From the NCBI GenBank assembly GCA_965262615.1, contig OZ253545.1, positions 160,001 to 224,000 on the forward strand: a DNA stretch of 64,000 nucleotides. Direction: 5' to 3'. A program made the position numbers and the translations under genes. Source of the DNA: Alphaproteobacteria bacterium (GTDB taxonomy: Bacteria > Pseudomonadota > Alphaproteobacteria > GM7ARS4 > G965262615). Below the pieces are notes generated by a model that worked only from the letters and a program-made list of their open reading frames with translations, had not been told where the DNA came from and searched no databases. Below are positions 1 through 10,046 of this stretch, piece after piece (position 1 is the first letter of the stretch; each line of letters opens with the position of its first letter).

Positions 1-540
1 ACCGCCGCCGTCACCCATCACCTTGAAGCCATCATCAGCACAGTGCCAAACGCATTGATTGTCACATCGGGAGGCATTTCCACAGGGGCGAGTGATGTCA
101 TTGCACACTATCTGCACACCCATGGTGAGTTTGCCTTTTGGCGCGTTGCCATCAAGCCCGGTCGCCCCATTGGGTTTGGCACAATTGGCACAACGCCCAT
201 CATGGCACTGCCGGGCAATCCTGTCGCCGCCCTTGTCACCGCCATGATTGTGCTGCGCCATGTCTTTTTTCAGCTGCAAGGACGAGCCTTTGCAGATTAC
301 GACATCGCGCCTTTTGCTGTTCCATCGGCGTTCGCCATGAACAAAAAAAAGGGACGGCGCGAATATCTCAGAGCCAGCCGCACAGCCGATGGGACAGTGG
401 ACAAATTCGCCACCACAGGAGCGGGCATTCTCACCTCTTTGACCGCCAGTGATGGCTTGCTCATCTTAGACGAACAACAAGAGCGCATTGCTCAAGGCGA
501 CCCTCTTTCTTTTATCCCTTTCAGCTCTTATCTTTGGTGA
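1..540 (+). CDS. moeA: Molybdopterin molybdenumtransferase MoeA (5' end outside window)
   Basis: TSGGISTG..D, KPGRP and LPGNPVAA motifs; followed by moaD-moaE. Confidence 0.93.
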   Translation, partial: TAAVTHHLEAIISTVPNALIVTSGGISTGASDVIAHYLHTHGEFAFWRVAIKPGRPIGFGTIGTTPIMALPGNPVAALVTAMIVLRHVFFQLQGRAFADYDIAPFAVPSAFAMNKKKGRREYLRASRTADGTVDKFATTGAGILTSLTASDGLLILDEQQERIAQGDPLSFIPFSSYLW

Positions 541-541
541 C

Positions 542-799
542 ATGACCGTCACCATCCTCTATTTCGCCCAAATCAAAGAGGCACTTGGCATGGCACAAGA
601 AGTGGTGCAACTGCCCGATGATATCCGCCAGCTGCATCAATTGCTCACATGGCTCTCCCAGCGTCATGACCGCTATGCTGCGGCATTTGCTCGCTGTTCA
701 TGTGTGCGCGCCGCCATCAATGAGCGTCATGCCGCGCCCGACAGCATCATTCCTCCTGCTGCCACCATTGCGCTCTTTCCTCCCGTCACGGGTGGTTGA
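542..799 (+). CDS. moaD: Molybdopterin synthase sulfur carrier subunit
   Basis: ILYFAQIKE N-terminus, C-terminal FPPVTGG; ATG at 542 directly after the moeA stop. Confidence 0.93.
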   Translation: MTVTILYFAQIKEALGMAQEVVQLPDDIRQLHQLLTWLSQRHDRYAAAFARCSCVRAAINERHAAPDSIIPPAATIALFPPVTGG

Positions 800-800
800 T

Positions 801-1253
801 ATGACCATCGGAGTGGTCATTCAGACAGAGCCCATTGATGCCGCCGCGCTCATTGACAAAGCCACCCAATCTGCCGCGCCTCACAATGGCGCGATTGCCT
901 CGTTCATTGGCGTGGCGCGCGAGCAAGGACAAACGGGACAAACCATTCACGCCATCACGCTGGAGCACTATCCCGCCATGACGCAACACGAACTGGAGAC
1001 AATCGCCCGCAATGCCCAAAAACAGTGGCAACTGGCGACCATTCATATTCATCATCGCATCGGCACCATTGCGGTGGGAGATGTGATTGTGGTGGTGGTC
1101 ACATGCTCGCCTCATCGCAACCAAGCCTTTGATGCCGCCCGTTCCGTGATGGATTGGCTCAAACGAGATGCCCCCTTCTGGAAATGCGAACACGGTGATG
1201 CAGGCACACACTGGGTCACCTCACACCGCAGTGATCATCCACATAATTCTTGA
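801..1253 (+). CDS. moaE: Molybdopterin synthase catalytic subunit
   Basis: GAIASFIG, LEHYPAMT, HRIG, HR..AF and LKRDAPFWK motifs. Confidence 0.93.
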   Translation: MTIGVVIQTEPIDAAALIDKATQSAAPHNGAIASFIGVAREQGQTGQTIHAITLEHYPAMTQHELETIARNAQKQWQLATIHIHHRIGTIAVGDVIVVVVTCSPHRNQAFDAARSVMDWLKRDAPFWKCEHGDAGTHWVTSHRSDHPHNS

Positions 1254-2094
1254 AGCATTGAATCAGATGGCTCGTGACATCCCCCACCCGCCATTGATGC
1301 CTTCCAATGGCTGACACCGCCATAATCTCCACCGCCGTGCCGGTGAGAAAAACCTCATCCATTGAATCCAATTCATCAAGAGAAATGGTGCGCTCGGTGA
1401 CATCAATCTTTTGGGCGCGCGCAATCTCCATGACCGTCTGGCGCGTGATGCCATTGAGAAACGAGCTGGCGCGCGGCGTGTGAAGCGCACCATCTTTCAC
1501 AAAAAAAATGTTCGCCCCGGTCGCCTCCGCAATGTTGCCCTGATGATCCAACATCAGAGCATCATCATAGCCTTTTTTCTCCGCCTCGTGCTTGCTCAAA
1601 GTGCAAATCATATAAAGACCCGCCGCCTTGCTATGAACGGGCGCGCTATCGGCAGACGGACGCCGCCAGTCGGCAAGATTCAAACGCACACTCTCGCCCT
1701 TGAAATACGAGGGCCATTCCCAACAGGCAATCGCCACATGAATGGTGGTCTGTTGCGCCGACACCGCCATCATCTCACTGCCGCGCCACACCACAGGACG
1801 AACATAGCCCTCACGAATACCCTGCTTGAGAACCAACTGACGAGCAGCCTCACCCAACTCCTCTGGGTTAAAAGGAATTTCCATGTCCAATAATTGCGCT
1901 GAATTAAACAGCCGCGCCACATGCTCATCATGCTTGAAAATCACACCATGATACACCCGCTCCCCCTCAAACACACAACTGCCATAGTGCAAGCCATGAC
2001 TCAAAACATGAGTGGTGGCGTCCTTCCACGCAATCCACTCGCCATCCATCCAAATGACACCAGTGCGCTCTGCAAAATTAGTGCTTTTGCTCAT
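1216..2094 (-). CDS. ilvE: Branched-chain amino acid aminotransferase
   Basis: HGLHYGSCVFEGER, KAAGLY, EATGANIF, LNGITR and FLTGTAVE (class IV PLP enzyme). Confidence 0.95.
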   Translation of the reverse strand: MSKSTNFAERTGVIWMDGEWIAWKDATTHVLSHGLHYGSCVFEGERVYHGVIFKHDEHVARLFNSAQLLDMEIPFNPEELGEAARQLVLKQGIREGYVRPVVWRGSEMMAVSAQQTTIHVAIACWEWPSYFKGESVRLNLADWRRPSADSAPVHSKAAGLYMICTLSKHEAEKKGYDDALMLDHQGNIAEATGANIFFVKDGALHTPRASSFLNGITRQTVMEIARAQKIDVTERTISLDELDSMDEVFLTGTAVEIMAVSAIGRHQWRVGDVTSHLIQCFKNYVDDHCGVR

Positions 2095-2150
2095 CTCCAA
2101 TACCTCGTATGATGAATTCATGTTTATCACTGAGAGAGTCTATCGTCCAG

Positions 2151-2822
2151 ATGCAGCGTCATATTCTAGTCATTGATGATGATTCCCGTTTGATTGATCT
2201 GTTGTCTCAGTACCTAGAGCAAGAGGGCTTTCTCACCTCACAGGCACAAGAGACCATGATGGCGCGGCGATTGCTCAATTTATTCAGTTATGACCTCATC
2301 TTACTGGATTACATGATGCCGCAAGAGGACGGCATTCAATTTTTGCGCTATTTGCGGCAGCGTCATGATCAAACGGCGGTTTTGATGCTGACGGCAAAAA
2401 ATCAAGCCACCGATCGCATTGTCGCCTTTGAAAGCGGCGCAGATGATTATCTGGGCAAAAACTTTGACCCGCGCGAATTGATTTTACGCATTCACAACAT
2501 TCTCAAACGCCGTGATCACGAGCAAGAGATTGCCATCGGCAGTTTGCGATTGTGTCCGAAAAGTCACGAATTGTGGCATGGCGGACGGGCTGTTCCGTTG
2601 AGTGCCAGTCAAAAATCCTTGTTGTTTTGTCTGGCTCGTGCCTCTGGTGAGGTGGTGGCGCGCGAGGAGCTGCGTCAGCTTTTGCACAGTGACAACAATT
2701 CGCGCAGTGTGGACACGCAACTCACCCGCCTGCGTCAGCGACTCGCCACCTGTGATGCCTCACTGCACTCATGCATTGAAGCGGTGCGAGGGCGAGGCTA
2801 CCGACTCAATCTGCCGTCATGA
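2151..2822 (+). CDS. OmpR/PetR-family response regulator
   Basis: REC domain (ILVIDDD, LLDYMMP, GADDYL) plus winged helix (RSVDTQLTRLR, VRGRGY). Confidence 0.92.
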   Translation: MQRHILVIDDDSRLIDLLSQYLEQEGFLTSQAQETMMARRLLNLFSYDLILLDYMMPQEDGIQFLRYLRQRHDQTAVLMLTAKNQATDRIVAFESGADDYLGKNFDPRELILRIHNILKRRDHEQEIAIGSLRLCPKSHELWHGGRAVPLSASQKSLLFCLARASGEVVAREELRQLLHSDNNSRSVDTQLTRLRQRLATCDASLHSCIEAVRGRGYRLNLPS

Positions 2823-4126
2823 CCCGTTATATCAGAAAATGGCTTCCCAAACGCCTGCAAAACCGATTGCTGCTCATGGTGATGACACCCATGATTTTGA
2901 TGCAGACGGTGGCACTCTGGGTGTTTTTTGATCGCAACTGGGACACCATGACGAAAAAACTCTCCGCCGCCCTCGTGCAAGACATTGATTACGCCATCCA
3001 TCTTCTGGGCACCACACCGCCCGAAAATCAAGAAGCCGTCATGGCACATTTTGCCCGTTCTCATGCACTGACAATCACATGGCGGGAAAATGAAACAATT
3101 GCCAACCCTCATAGCAATAGCGATTTTTTTTGGGGCTACAAACGCTTTCTCGCTCATGACATTGGCAAAACCATCGCCCGCCCCTTTCGCATTGATGACG
3201 ATGCCACCAATGATGACCTCCACATTCTGCTCGCCTTGCCTCAGGGGGCTCTGCGTGTGTCGTTTGATAAAGGACGCCTCTACAGCTCCACCACCTTGTT
3301 GTTTGTGGTGTTCACATTTCTGGCGATGATTCTATTGGGGATTGCGGTATTTTCTTTGGCTCGCAATCAGGCTCGTCCCATCATTCATCTGGCTCATGCC
3401 ATGGATGAGTTTGGCAAAAACAAGGAAATTCCGCCGCCACCCATTGCCGGCAGTGAAGAAATACGGCGCGCCATTCGCGCCTTTGCTCTCATGCGGGGGC
3501 GTATTCATCAGCAGATTACCGAACGGGAACACATGCTCACCGCCATCTCGCACGATCTCAACACCGCCATCTCCCGCATCAAGCTCAATCTCGCACTCAA
3601 GAATGACAGCGACCGCGTCAAACACATTCAAGATGACATCAATGACATTGAAAAAATCATTGAAGATTATGTCACCTTTCTGCGCTCCAAAGAAACCGAA
3701 CAAAAACAAACCATCATCATTGCCGATTTATGGCGTGAAACGCAGCAGCAATTTCCTCATCACACCATCACCCATGATGACGGCACGCATTCTATTAAAA
3801 TTCGTCCCAAACAATTCAAGCGGTGTCTGTTCAATATTGTGGATAATGCCACCCACTACAGCAAAAAAATTCATCTTCACAGCAAAAAGACAGCGTCGCG
3901 CATTGAACTCATCATTGATGATGACGGCATTGGCATCAGCAAAAAAGAACGAGACAAGGTGTTTCATCCTTTCTATCGCTTGGAGCCCTCTCGAAACCGC
4001 ACCACGGGGGGCTTGGGTCTTGGCATGAGCATTGCCCGTGACATCATGCGCGCCCACAAGGGAGACATTCAGCTTGATTCCTCACCATGGGGAGGCTTGC
4101 GGGTGCGTCTTATTGTGCCTGTTTGA
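2819..4126 (+). CDS. EnvZ-like membrane sensor histidine kinase
   Basis: Two TM segments, HAMP, ISHDL H-box, NIVDNA, DDDGIG and GGLGLGM boxes; ATGA overlap with the regulator. Confidence 0.92.
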   Translation: MTRYIRKWLPKRLQNRLLLMVMTPMILMQTVALWVFFDRNWDTMTKKLSAALVQDIDYAIHLLGTTPPENQEAVMAHFARSHALTITWRENETIANPHSNSDFFWGYKRFLAHDIGKTIARPFRIDDDATNDDLHILLALPQGALRVSFDKGRLYSSTTLLFVVFTFLAMILLGIAVFSLARNQARPIIHLAHAMDEFGKNKEIPPPPIAGSEEIRRAIRAFALMRGRIHQQITEREHMLTAISHDLNTAISRIKLNLALKNDSDRVKHIQDDINDIEKIIEDYVTFLRSKETEQKQTIIIADLWRETQQQFPHHTITHDDGTHSIKIRPKQFKRCLFNIVDNATHYSKKIHLHSKKTASRIELIIDDDGIGISKKERDKVFHPFYRLEPSRNRTTGGLGLGMSIARDIMRAHKGDIQLDSSPWGGLRVRLIVPV

Positions 4127-4910
4127 GTTCTTGGGCGCGTCTGTATGCGGCAGCCAATGCCTCGCGCATGACAGAATCATGTTTTTGCAAAACGCCCATG
4201 GCGGCGGCGGTTGTCCCTTGCGGACTGGTCACCGATGCCCGCAGAGCGCGCAATGACTCAAGAGAGGGTTGCTCCTCTTTGAGAAGCATCAGCGTCCCCA
4301 TCATTGTTTGTTCCACCAGACGATAGGCTTCATCGGAGGAAAAACCCAAATTGCGCGCGGCTTCAATCCATTGTTCCATAAAATAACACACATAGGCGGG
4401 CCCACTGCCCGACACAGCCGTTGCGCGATCCATGTCATCGTCACTGTCAAGCCATAGGGTGTGACCTCCCATGCCAAACAATTGGTCAATCATGGCGCGC
4501 TGTGATGCGACGACACGAGCATCATGGCACAAAGCGGTGATGCCTCGCCGCACCGTCAAAGGCAGATGCGGCATCGCCCGCACCGCCGCACATCCATAAG
4601 GCGACAGTGATGACAAAGAAATTCCCGCCGCTATGGACACAAGCACCGATGACGAAAGACGCGTCCCGTATTCGTGCAGCCATGCGGTCATTTGCTGTGG
4701 CTTGATCGCTACCACCGTCACGGCGGCATCAATTGTGTGCGGCATGGCGGACAAAAGGGTCATGCCTTGATGGCTCATCAATTGGGCTCGGCGCGCCTCA
4801 TCGTGTTCAACAACGGTGACTTGTCTGTTCGCGTCACGCCACATGCGCCACAAAGCAAGCCCCATCCGACCGCACCCCACCAGCAGGATGGAAGACTCAG
4901 CAGTGACCAT
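4110..4910 (-). CDS. proC: Pyrroline-5-carboxylate reductase
   Basis: GCGRMG, VSIAAG, RAMP, SGSGPAY and VTSPQGTT motifs. Confidence 0.95.
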   Translation of the reverse strand: MVTAESSILLVGCGRMGLALWRMWRDANRQVTVVEHDEARRAQLMSHQGMTLLSAMPHTIDAAVTVVAIKPQQMTAWLHEYGTRLSSSVLVSIAAGISLSSLSPYGCAAVRAMPHLPLTVRRGITALCHDARVVASQRAMIDQLFGMGGHTLWLDSDDDMDRATAVSGSGPAYVCYFMEQWIEAARNLGFSSDEAYRLVEQTMMGTLMLLKEEQPSLESLRALRASVTSPQGTTAAAMGVLQKHDSVMREALAAAYRRAQELKQAQ

Positions 4911-5391
4911 GAGTCTCCAGCATCATGGACTCAAACGCCAATTCCACCGAACAGCCCGATTGCAACAACAACGCAAACGCAGGACGCACCCGCTCACACT
5001 CATTCAAAACATGACTCATATAGGCATCCATCTTCGCCGCCGTCTTGAAGGAATGATAGCTATCTACAATCGTATGGCGATAGGATATGACACCACTATC
5101 CGCATCCAAAGACAGCGACCCCAACCACAAATAGTTATTGATCAAACTCACCAACCGTCCAACATTGACGATGTGCTCATCGGAGACTTGCAAATCATCA
5201 AAGACGGTGGTCACCTGCACGCTGGAGACAGAATTCAAAAAGCCAAAATACACCAAATAATGAGCATCACCTCTGGCATGTTCGGTGGCAAGCAAAAACG
5301 AACTGTCACGATAAACGGGCCACCCCCCCTCATCCAACGACTGAGCAATATGGGCGAGGGGTTGTTCTTGTTTTTTTGTTGCCACACGCAT
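4897..5391 (-). CDS. YbjN-domain protein
   Basis: LINNYLWLG..YRHT..ECER pattern; conserved alphaproteobacterial position upstream of proC. Confidence 0.7.
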   Translation of the reverse strand: MRVATKKQEQPLAHIAQSLDEGGWPVYRDSSFLLATEHARGDAHYLVYFGFLNSVSSVQVTTVFDDLQVSDEHIVNVGRLVSLINNYLWLGSLSLDADSGVISYRHTIVDSYHSFKTAAKMDAYMSHVLNECERVRPAFALLLQSGCSVELAFESMMLETHGHC

Positions 5392-5451
5392 CGCAATTTC
5401 CTCTCTATATTGTATAGTGTGGCATAAATAGAAAAATGTTGCAATCTTTTT

Positions 5452-5688
5452 CTACATATTGTGGTTTTTTTTCTTCTCCTCCTCCAACCGCTGCAATCGC
5501 CGTTTGAGCTCAATGACTTCTGCGCGCAATGCCTCATGGTCATCGCGATGAACATAGTTCTCCTGAAGAATACGGGTGAGCTCATGAGTCGCCAGCAGTC
5601 GGGCATCCTTGCCCAGTTCTGATGCCACCGCCACCGCCCCATCCAAGAGAGCAATGACATCATCGGTGATTTTTTGATTCCGAGCCAT
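5452..5688 (-). CDS. UbiK/BMFP-family accessory coiled-coil protein
   Basis: 78 aa; VHRDDHEAL followed by a C-terminal coiled coil; usual neighbour of ybjN-proC. Confidence 0.65.
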   Translation of the reverse strand: MARNQKITDDVIALLDGAVAVASELGKDARLLATHELTRILQENYVHRDDHEALRAEVIELKRRLQRLEEEKKKNHNM

Positions 5689-5751
5689 GACCCCATCATT
5701 CCATGCCGCCCCTCACTTGTCAAATGCTTTGGGTTTGAGTAGCATGACACC

Positions 5752-6333
5752 ATGATTGAACAAATTTTTACCACCGCGCGCAGCTATCCCAATTGGCAAG
5801 AGAAACCCGTCTCGCAAGAGGTGCTGCAGCAACTCTATGACTGCTTCAAGTATGCTCCCACCAGCATGAATTGCTGTCCCATGCGTCTGTTGTTTGTGAC
5901 CAGTGCGCAAGGCAAGGAGAAACTCGTCCCGTGTGTGTCAGAGGGCAATGTGGCAAAAGTGCAAGCCGCCCCCGTCACCGCCATCTGTGCCTTTGATCAA
6001 CGCTATTACGAACACATGCCTTATCTGTGGCAGAATGATGGCGAGAAAATCGCCAAACGCCTTTCATCCGCTCCCGACCAAGGCGAGGGCATGGGAATGT
6101 TCAATGCCTCATTGCAAGCCGGTTATTTTATTTTAGCCGCACGCGCCGTAGGATTAGACTGCGGCCCCATGGCGGGATTCAGCAAAGACAAAGTCAATGA
6201 TGCCTTCCTCTCTGATGCCCCACGCGCCCATTGGCGTTCCATCATGCTGTGTAACATTGGCTATGGCGATTCGAACTCTTTGCACCCACGCCAGCAACGC
6301 CTTGCCTTTGAGGATGCCTGTCAGCTCACTTAG
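5752..6333 (+). CDS. rutE: RutE-like nitroreductase-family malonic semialdehyde reductase
   Basis: FTTARSY, APTSMNCCPMR, LQAGYFILAARAVGLDCGPMAGF and NIGYGD motifs. Confidence 0.85.
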   Translation: MIEQIFTTARSYPNWQEKPVSQEVLQQLYDCFKYAPTSMNCCPMRLLFVTSAQGKEKLVPCVSEGNVAKVQAAPVTAICAFDQRYYEHMPYLWQNDGEKIAKRLSSAPDQGEGMGMFNASLQAGYFILAARAVGLDCGPMAGFSKDKVNDAFLSDAPRAHWRSIMLCNIGYGDSNSLHPRQQRLAFEDACQLT

Positions 6334-6892
6334 GGTTCGCCATCATGCAAGGCGCGGCTTCGCCATCATGAATGAGCGGATACGATGACGCATCGGGCAA
6401 TTGATAGTGCCACCATTCATTGCGAAAATAATCCCACCCCGCACTCACCATCGCGCCCAGCAACATGAAGCGATTCGCCGCCGCCACTGGGGGGAGTCCT
6501 TCATAACCATGATGAGACTGAGGCTTAAAGGCATCAAAATCCGTTCCCATGTCCAACGCGCCGTCACCATCCAGCAGTGTCACATCCACCGCCACGCCCC
6601 GTGAATGAGGCGAGCCCCGACGCGGATTGACAATAAACTCATCATTGGGCGTGTGATGCCACAATCTCTCCTGTGCCTCTTGCGGACGATAGGCATCATA
6701 AATGCGCAGACGCAATCCCTGTGCCGCCAGCAAATCAATGGCGCGCCGCAAGGCTGCCGCCGCATCCTCATGAAGATACGCAACCGCGTCTTCACAATAC
6801 ACCGCCGTGCCCGTGAAATTATCACATCCTGCATAGGATAAAGAAATCTCCACATCATACCGTTCAGGCGTTAATAAAATCAAAGGTTTCAT
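6326..6892 (-). CDS. ddpX: D-alanyl-D-alanine dipeptidase (VanX/DdpX, M15D)
   Basis: YA..DNFTG, YDAYRP, SPHSRGVAVD, DMGTDFD and EWWHY; start could be 6928. Confidence 0.93.
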   Translation of the reverse strand: MKPLILLTPERYDVEISLSYAGCDNFTGTAVYCEDAVAYLHEDAAAALRRAIDLLAAQGLRLRIYDAYRPQEAQERLWHHTPNDEFIVNPRRGSPHSRGVAVDVTLLDGDGALDMGTDFDAFKPQSHHGYEGLPPVAAANRFMLLGAMVSAGWDYFRNEWWHYQLPDASSYPLIHDGEAAPCMMANPK

Positions 6893-7156
6893 GGTATCAT
6901 CTCCCATCATGATGCCATCGCCCACCATTTTCGCAGACGCAATCCCTGTGCCGCCAGCAAATCAATGGCGTGCCGCAAGGCTGCCGCCGCATCCTCATGA
7001 AGATACGCAACCGCGTCCTCACAATACACCGCCGTGCCCGTGAAATTATCACATCCTGCATAGGATAAAGAAATCTCCACATCATACTGTTCAGGCGTTA
7101 ATAAAATCAAAGGTTTCATGGTATCATCTCCCATCATGATGCCATCGCCCACCATT
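6705..7156. repeat. Tandem direct duplication, period 227 bp (6705-6929 vs 6932-7156)
   Basis: Near-identical copies with 3 C/T differences seen; CGC microhomology at the junction. Confidence 0.95.
6932..7156 (-). pseudogene. Duplicated 5' fragment of ddpX
   Basis: ORF 6907..7155 repeats about the first 75 codons of the 6928-start ddpX ORF, then leaves the homology and stops. Confidence 0.88.
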
Positions 7157-7735
7157 CTCGCTTTAGACGGCAGCAGCGAGCGCGCAGTCTCCCTTGCCCT
7201 GTGGCATCAAGGAGCATTGGTGGCACAAGAATACAGCTTCTCGGTGTCCATGAAAAGCGCGTGGCTCATCACACACCTGCCTCGTGTCATGATTGCCACG
7301 CCGCACATCATTCTTGTGACGCGAGGGCCCGGCTCTTTTACCAGTTTACGCGCCTTTGTCACCTTTGCTCACGGGCTGGCTCTGGCATGGAACAGCCAAC
7401 TCTATGGCATCACCAGCCTTGAGGCAGAAGCTCTGTGCGCCCTGCAAGACAAACCTCACGGCTATTGCCACACCGTCACACTGCCCGTTGCCTCTCGTGT
7501 GTTTGTGCAAAATTTTGTCGCGTTGTCCCATGAGCCATTCTATCACGCCACCGATGACATCACCAGCCAAGCTGGCGACCCTGCCCATCATCATACCTTC
7601 GCGTCTCATTCGCGCGCCAGCGTCATGGTGCAATGGTGGGCGCGCTTGACCGCCATCCCGCCTTTGCCCCACAATGAGGCTGTCACGCCTCTGTATCTCA
7701 AGGATCACTATGCCCATTCTTCTGCTCGTTCTTAA
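7136..7735 (+). CDS. tsaB: tRNA t6A biosynthesis protein TsaB (YeaZ)
   Basis: ILALDGS, VTRGPGSFTSLR, GITSLEA and PLYL motifs. Confidence 0.85.
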   Translation: MMPSPTILALDGSSERAVSLALWHQGALVAQEYSFSVSMKSAWLITHLPRVMIATPHIILVTRGPGSFTSLRAFVTFAHGLALAWNSQLYGITSLEAEALCALQDKPHGYCHTVTLPVASRVFVQNFVALSHEPFYHATDDITSQAGDPAHHHTFASHSRASVMVQWWARLTAIPPLPHNEAVTPLYLKDHYAHSSARS

Positions 7736-8459
7736 TTTTTTCACCACCGCCATCCACGCAACTCCTCACCCTGTGACCATTGAGCGTGTCATTGACGGCG
7801 ATACGGTGCGTCTTGATGATGGCAATCTGCTGCGCATCATTGCCATTGATGCGCCCGAGCGTCATCCCGACTCCTCCCTGCCCGCCGAGCCTTTTGCCGA
7901 AGAGGCACGCAACGCCCTCATTCAATTAACGCAACACAACAATTGTCACATCACCCATTCGCCTCACCGACACACCGATCGACACGGACGCATCCTCGCC
8001 CACCTGTTTTGCGGTGACCAATGGATTGCCGCAGCCATGGTTGGGCAAGGACTCGCCAAAGTCTATAGCTTCGCCGACACCCAACACAAAATCCCCGAAC
8101 TGCTCGCCCTTGAACACCACGCACGCCAGCAGAATCTGGCACTCTGGTCACACCCCGCCAATCGGGTTATCAGCCCCGATGACTCCCATCATCGCGTGGG
8201 ACAATTTGTCATCGTGCAAGGATGCATTCATGAAGCCACGCGAGTCAAAAGCGTCATCTATCTCAATTTCAGTGACGATTGGCGGCACGATTTTACCATC
8301 CAACTGCTGCCGCCTGCGGTGCGGCAACTCACGCAGCAAGGCAAAAAAGTCACCCAACTGGCGAGCCAATGTGTGCGGGTGCGGGGATTTCTCATCTGGC
8401 GCAATGGACCCATGATTCGCCTTGACCATCTTGAGCCTTTGGAGTGGCTCCCCTCATAG
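7710..8459 (+). CDS. Thermonuclease (SNase)-family protein with signal peptide
   Basis: VIDGDT, IDAPE, DRHGRILA, GQGLA motifs; C-terminal YLNF..DF OB-like domain; AAGGA RBS. Confidence 0.88.
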   Translation: MPILLLVLNFFTTAIHATPHPVTIERVIDGDTVRLDDGNLLRIIAIDAPERHPDSSLPAEPFAEEARNALIQLTQHNNCHITHSPHRHTDRHGRILAHLFCGDQWIAAAMVGQGLAKVYSFADTQHKIPELLALEHHARQQNLALWSHPANRVISPDDSHHRVGQFVIVQGCIHEATRVKSVIYLNFSDDWRHDFTIQLLPPAVRQLTQQGKKVTQLASQCVRVRGFLIWRNGPMIRLDHLEPLEWLPS

Positions 8460-10046
8460 GCGAGTTTCGGGAGGAAACTCGTCATCACTGTCGTCATCAA
8501 AATTCGGCGGCGGCGCATGCAAATCCACATTGATTTTACGAGCTCCATAGCGCAATTCAGGAGATGCGTCCCTTGCCATACGCTCACCACTTTTTCTATT
8601 GACTCTTTTTTGTTCGCGCGCCACCTGACTCTTATTTTCTTGCATGGTCTTTTCTATCTGTTCGGTGGCGACCGCACGGGCGGCGAGTTCATCCTTTTGT
8701 TCAAACAGGGGCTCCGGCTTCTTGTTGGCTTCAGCGGTTTGTCGCTCTTGTTCTTCCAGTGCCTCTTGCAGCTGCCTTTGTTCTTCCATCAGTCGCTGCC
8801 TTTTTGCCTGACTGTAACGCTCAATCTCTTCATGATAGGCATCAATATTTTTTTGCAGTTGTTCGCCACGCTTTTTCTTGTCGGCTGCCGTTGTGGCGGC
8901 TTCTTGTTGTTGCTTGGCGGCTTTGATTGCCTCTTCCTGCCTTTGCATCCCTGCCTCCGACAAACTCTGAGTGGATGAGGCATGGCGCAACCCATCGCCA
9001 CGAGATGAATAACTCGCCGTCACATCGGGCTCATGAAGAACGCCGCCGCCAATATGCATCCCCATCTGACTGTTAATCATAGAATACAACTGAGCGGTGG
9101 CGGAATGATTGGATGTCAATTTTTTCGCACCATGCTGAGAATCCTGCCAACGCTGTCCAAGAAACGATTCCGCCTGCAGCATGGAAGTCTCTAACTGCTG
9201 AATGTATATTTTGGGCGGTGCAAATCCCATGGGCATCTTTTGCGACTGCCCCAGCAAGGCATCAACCCGTTCATGATAGTAGTCACGCACATGGTCGCTG
9301 ACGGGATCATCCTTATACACATCAAGAGAGGCATCCACATGACGATGCATCAAGCTCTTGATGGTTTGTAGGTTTTCCTTGCTATACACTTGTTCTTTTG
9401 TCTTTGTCTGTGCGGGATAATCGGCTTGCTCATAGGCCATGAGCAAAAACGCGCCTTTTTCGTAAGGAAAATCCCGATGGGCATCAAAAGAGAGAGGACG
9501 CGCCAATTCGGCACGCAAGCCACTGGGCAACCGTTGCTGACGGCGGCTTTCTTGCTCATTCACCGCATCCAAATGCTCCGACACCTGACTTGCCAAATCA
9601 AGATAGGTCTTGGCTGACACATACGGCGCGCTGGATTTTTTTTGCGTATAGCGCGCCGCCACCTCTTGAACATAGTCACTGTATTTTTGCAATTCAGGTC
9701 TGCCCTTCACAGGCAACTGATTGACGATAAAATTCTTGAAGGATTTGGCTAAAAATTCTTGTGACTTCTTCTTGCTCAATAAGTCACCGGCTTTGACCTG
9801 CTGTTCCACCCCACCATTTTTGGCAATGAGGTGATAGCGATAACGCACCTTTCTGCCAAAGAGTTTGCCAAAAAAACCGGGCGATTTTTTCTCCACCCGC
9901 ACCAAATTGCAATCTTTGGTGACGGCGAGTTCATAGTTCTGTAGGCGTTTTCTTGCACTCTTGTTTCTAAGCAGTGCATCCACATCGGTCTGTGTATACA
10001 ACGAAACGATGTTTGGATTATTTCTTTGTATCCCTGTTGGTGTCAT
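8454..10046 (-). CDS. Orphan 530-aa coiled-coil protein, candidate secreted effector
   Basis: Long ORF filling the gap below aspS; K/Q/E-rich coiled coil, acidic tail ending ETRL; no recognised family. Confidence 0.75.
   Translation of the reverse strand: MTPTGIQRNNPNIVSLYTQTDVDALLRNKSARKRLQNYELAVTKDCNLVRVEKKSPGFFGKLFGRKVRYRYHLIAKNGGVEQQVKAGDLLSKKKSQEFLAKSFKNFIVNQLPVKGRPELQKYSDYVQEVAARYTQKKSSAPYVSAKTYLDLASQVSEHLDAVNEQESRRQQRLPSGLRAELARPLSFDAHRDFPYEKGAFLLMAYEQADYPAQTKTKEQVYSKENLQTIKSLMHRHVDASLDVYKDDPVSDHVRDYYHERVDALLGQSQKMPMGFAPPKIYIQQLETSMLQAESFLGQRWQDSQHGAKKLTSNHSATAQLYSMINSQMGMHIGGGVLHEPDVTASYSSRGDGLRHASSTQSLSEAGMQRQEEAIKAAKQQQEAATTAADKKKRGEQLQKNIDAYHEEIERYSQAKRQRLMEEQRQLQEALEEQERQTAEANKKPEPLFEQKDELAARAVATEQIEKTMQENKSQVAREQKRVNRKSGERMARDASPELRYGARKINVDLHAPPPNFDDDSDDEFPPETRL

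Noticed and set aside
5752-6333. Pyrimidine utilisation (rut) operon
   Set aside because: Only a lone RutE-like gene; such singletons are common
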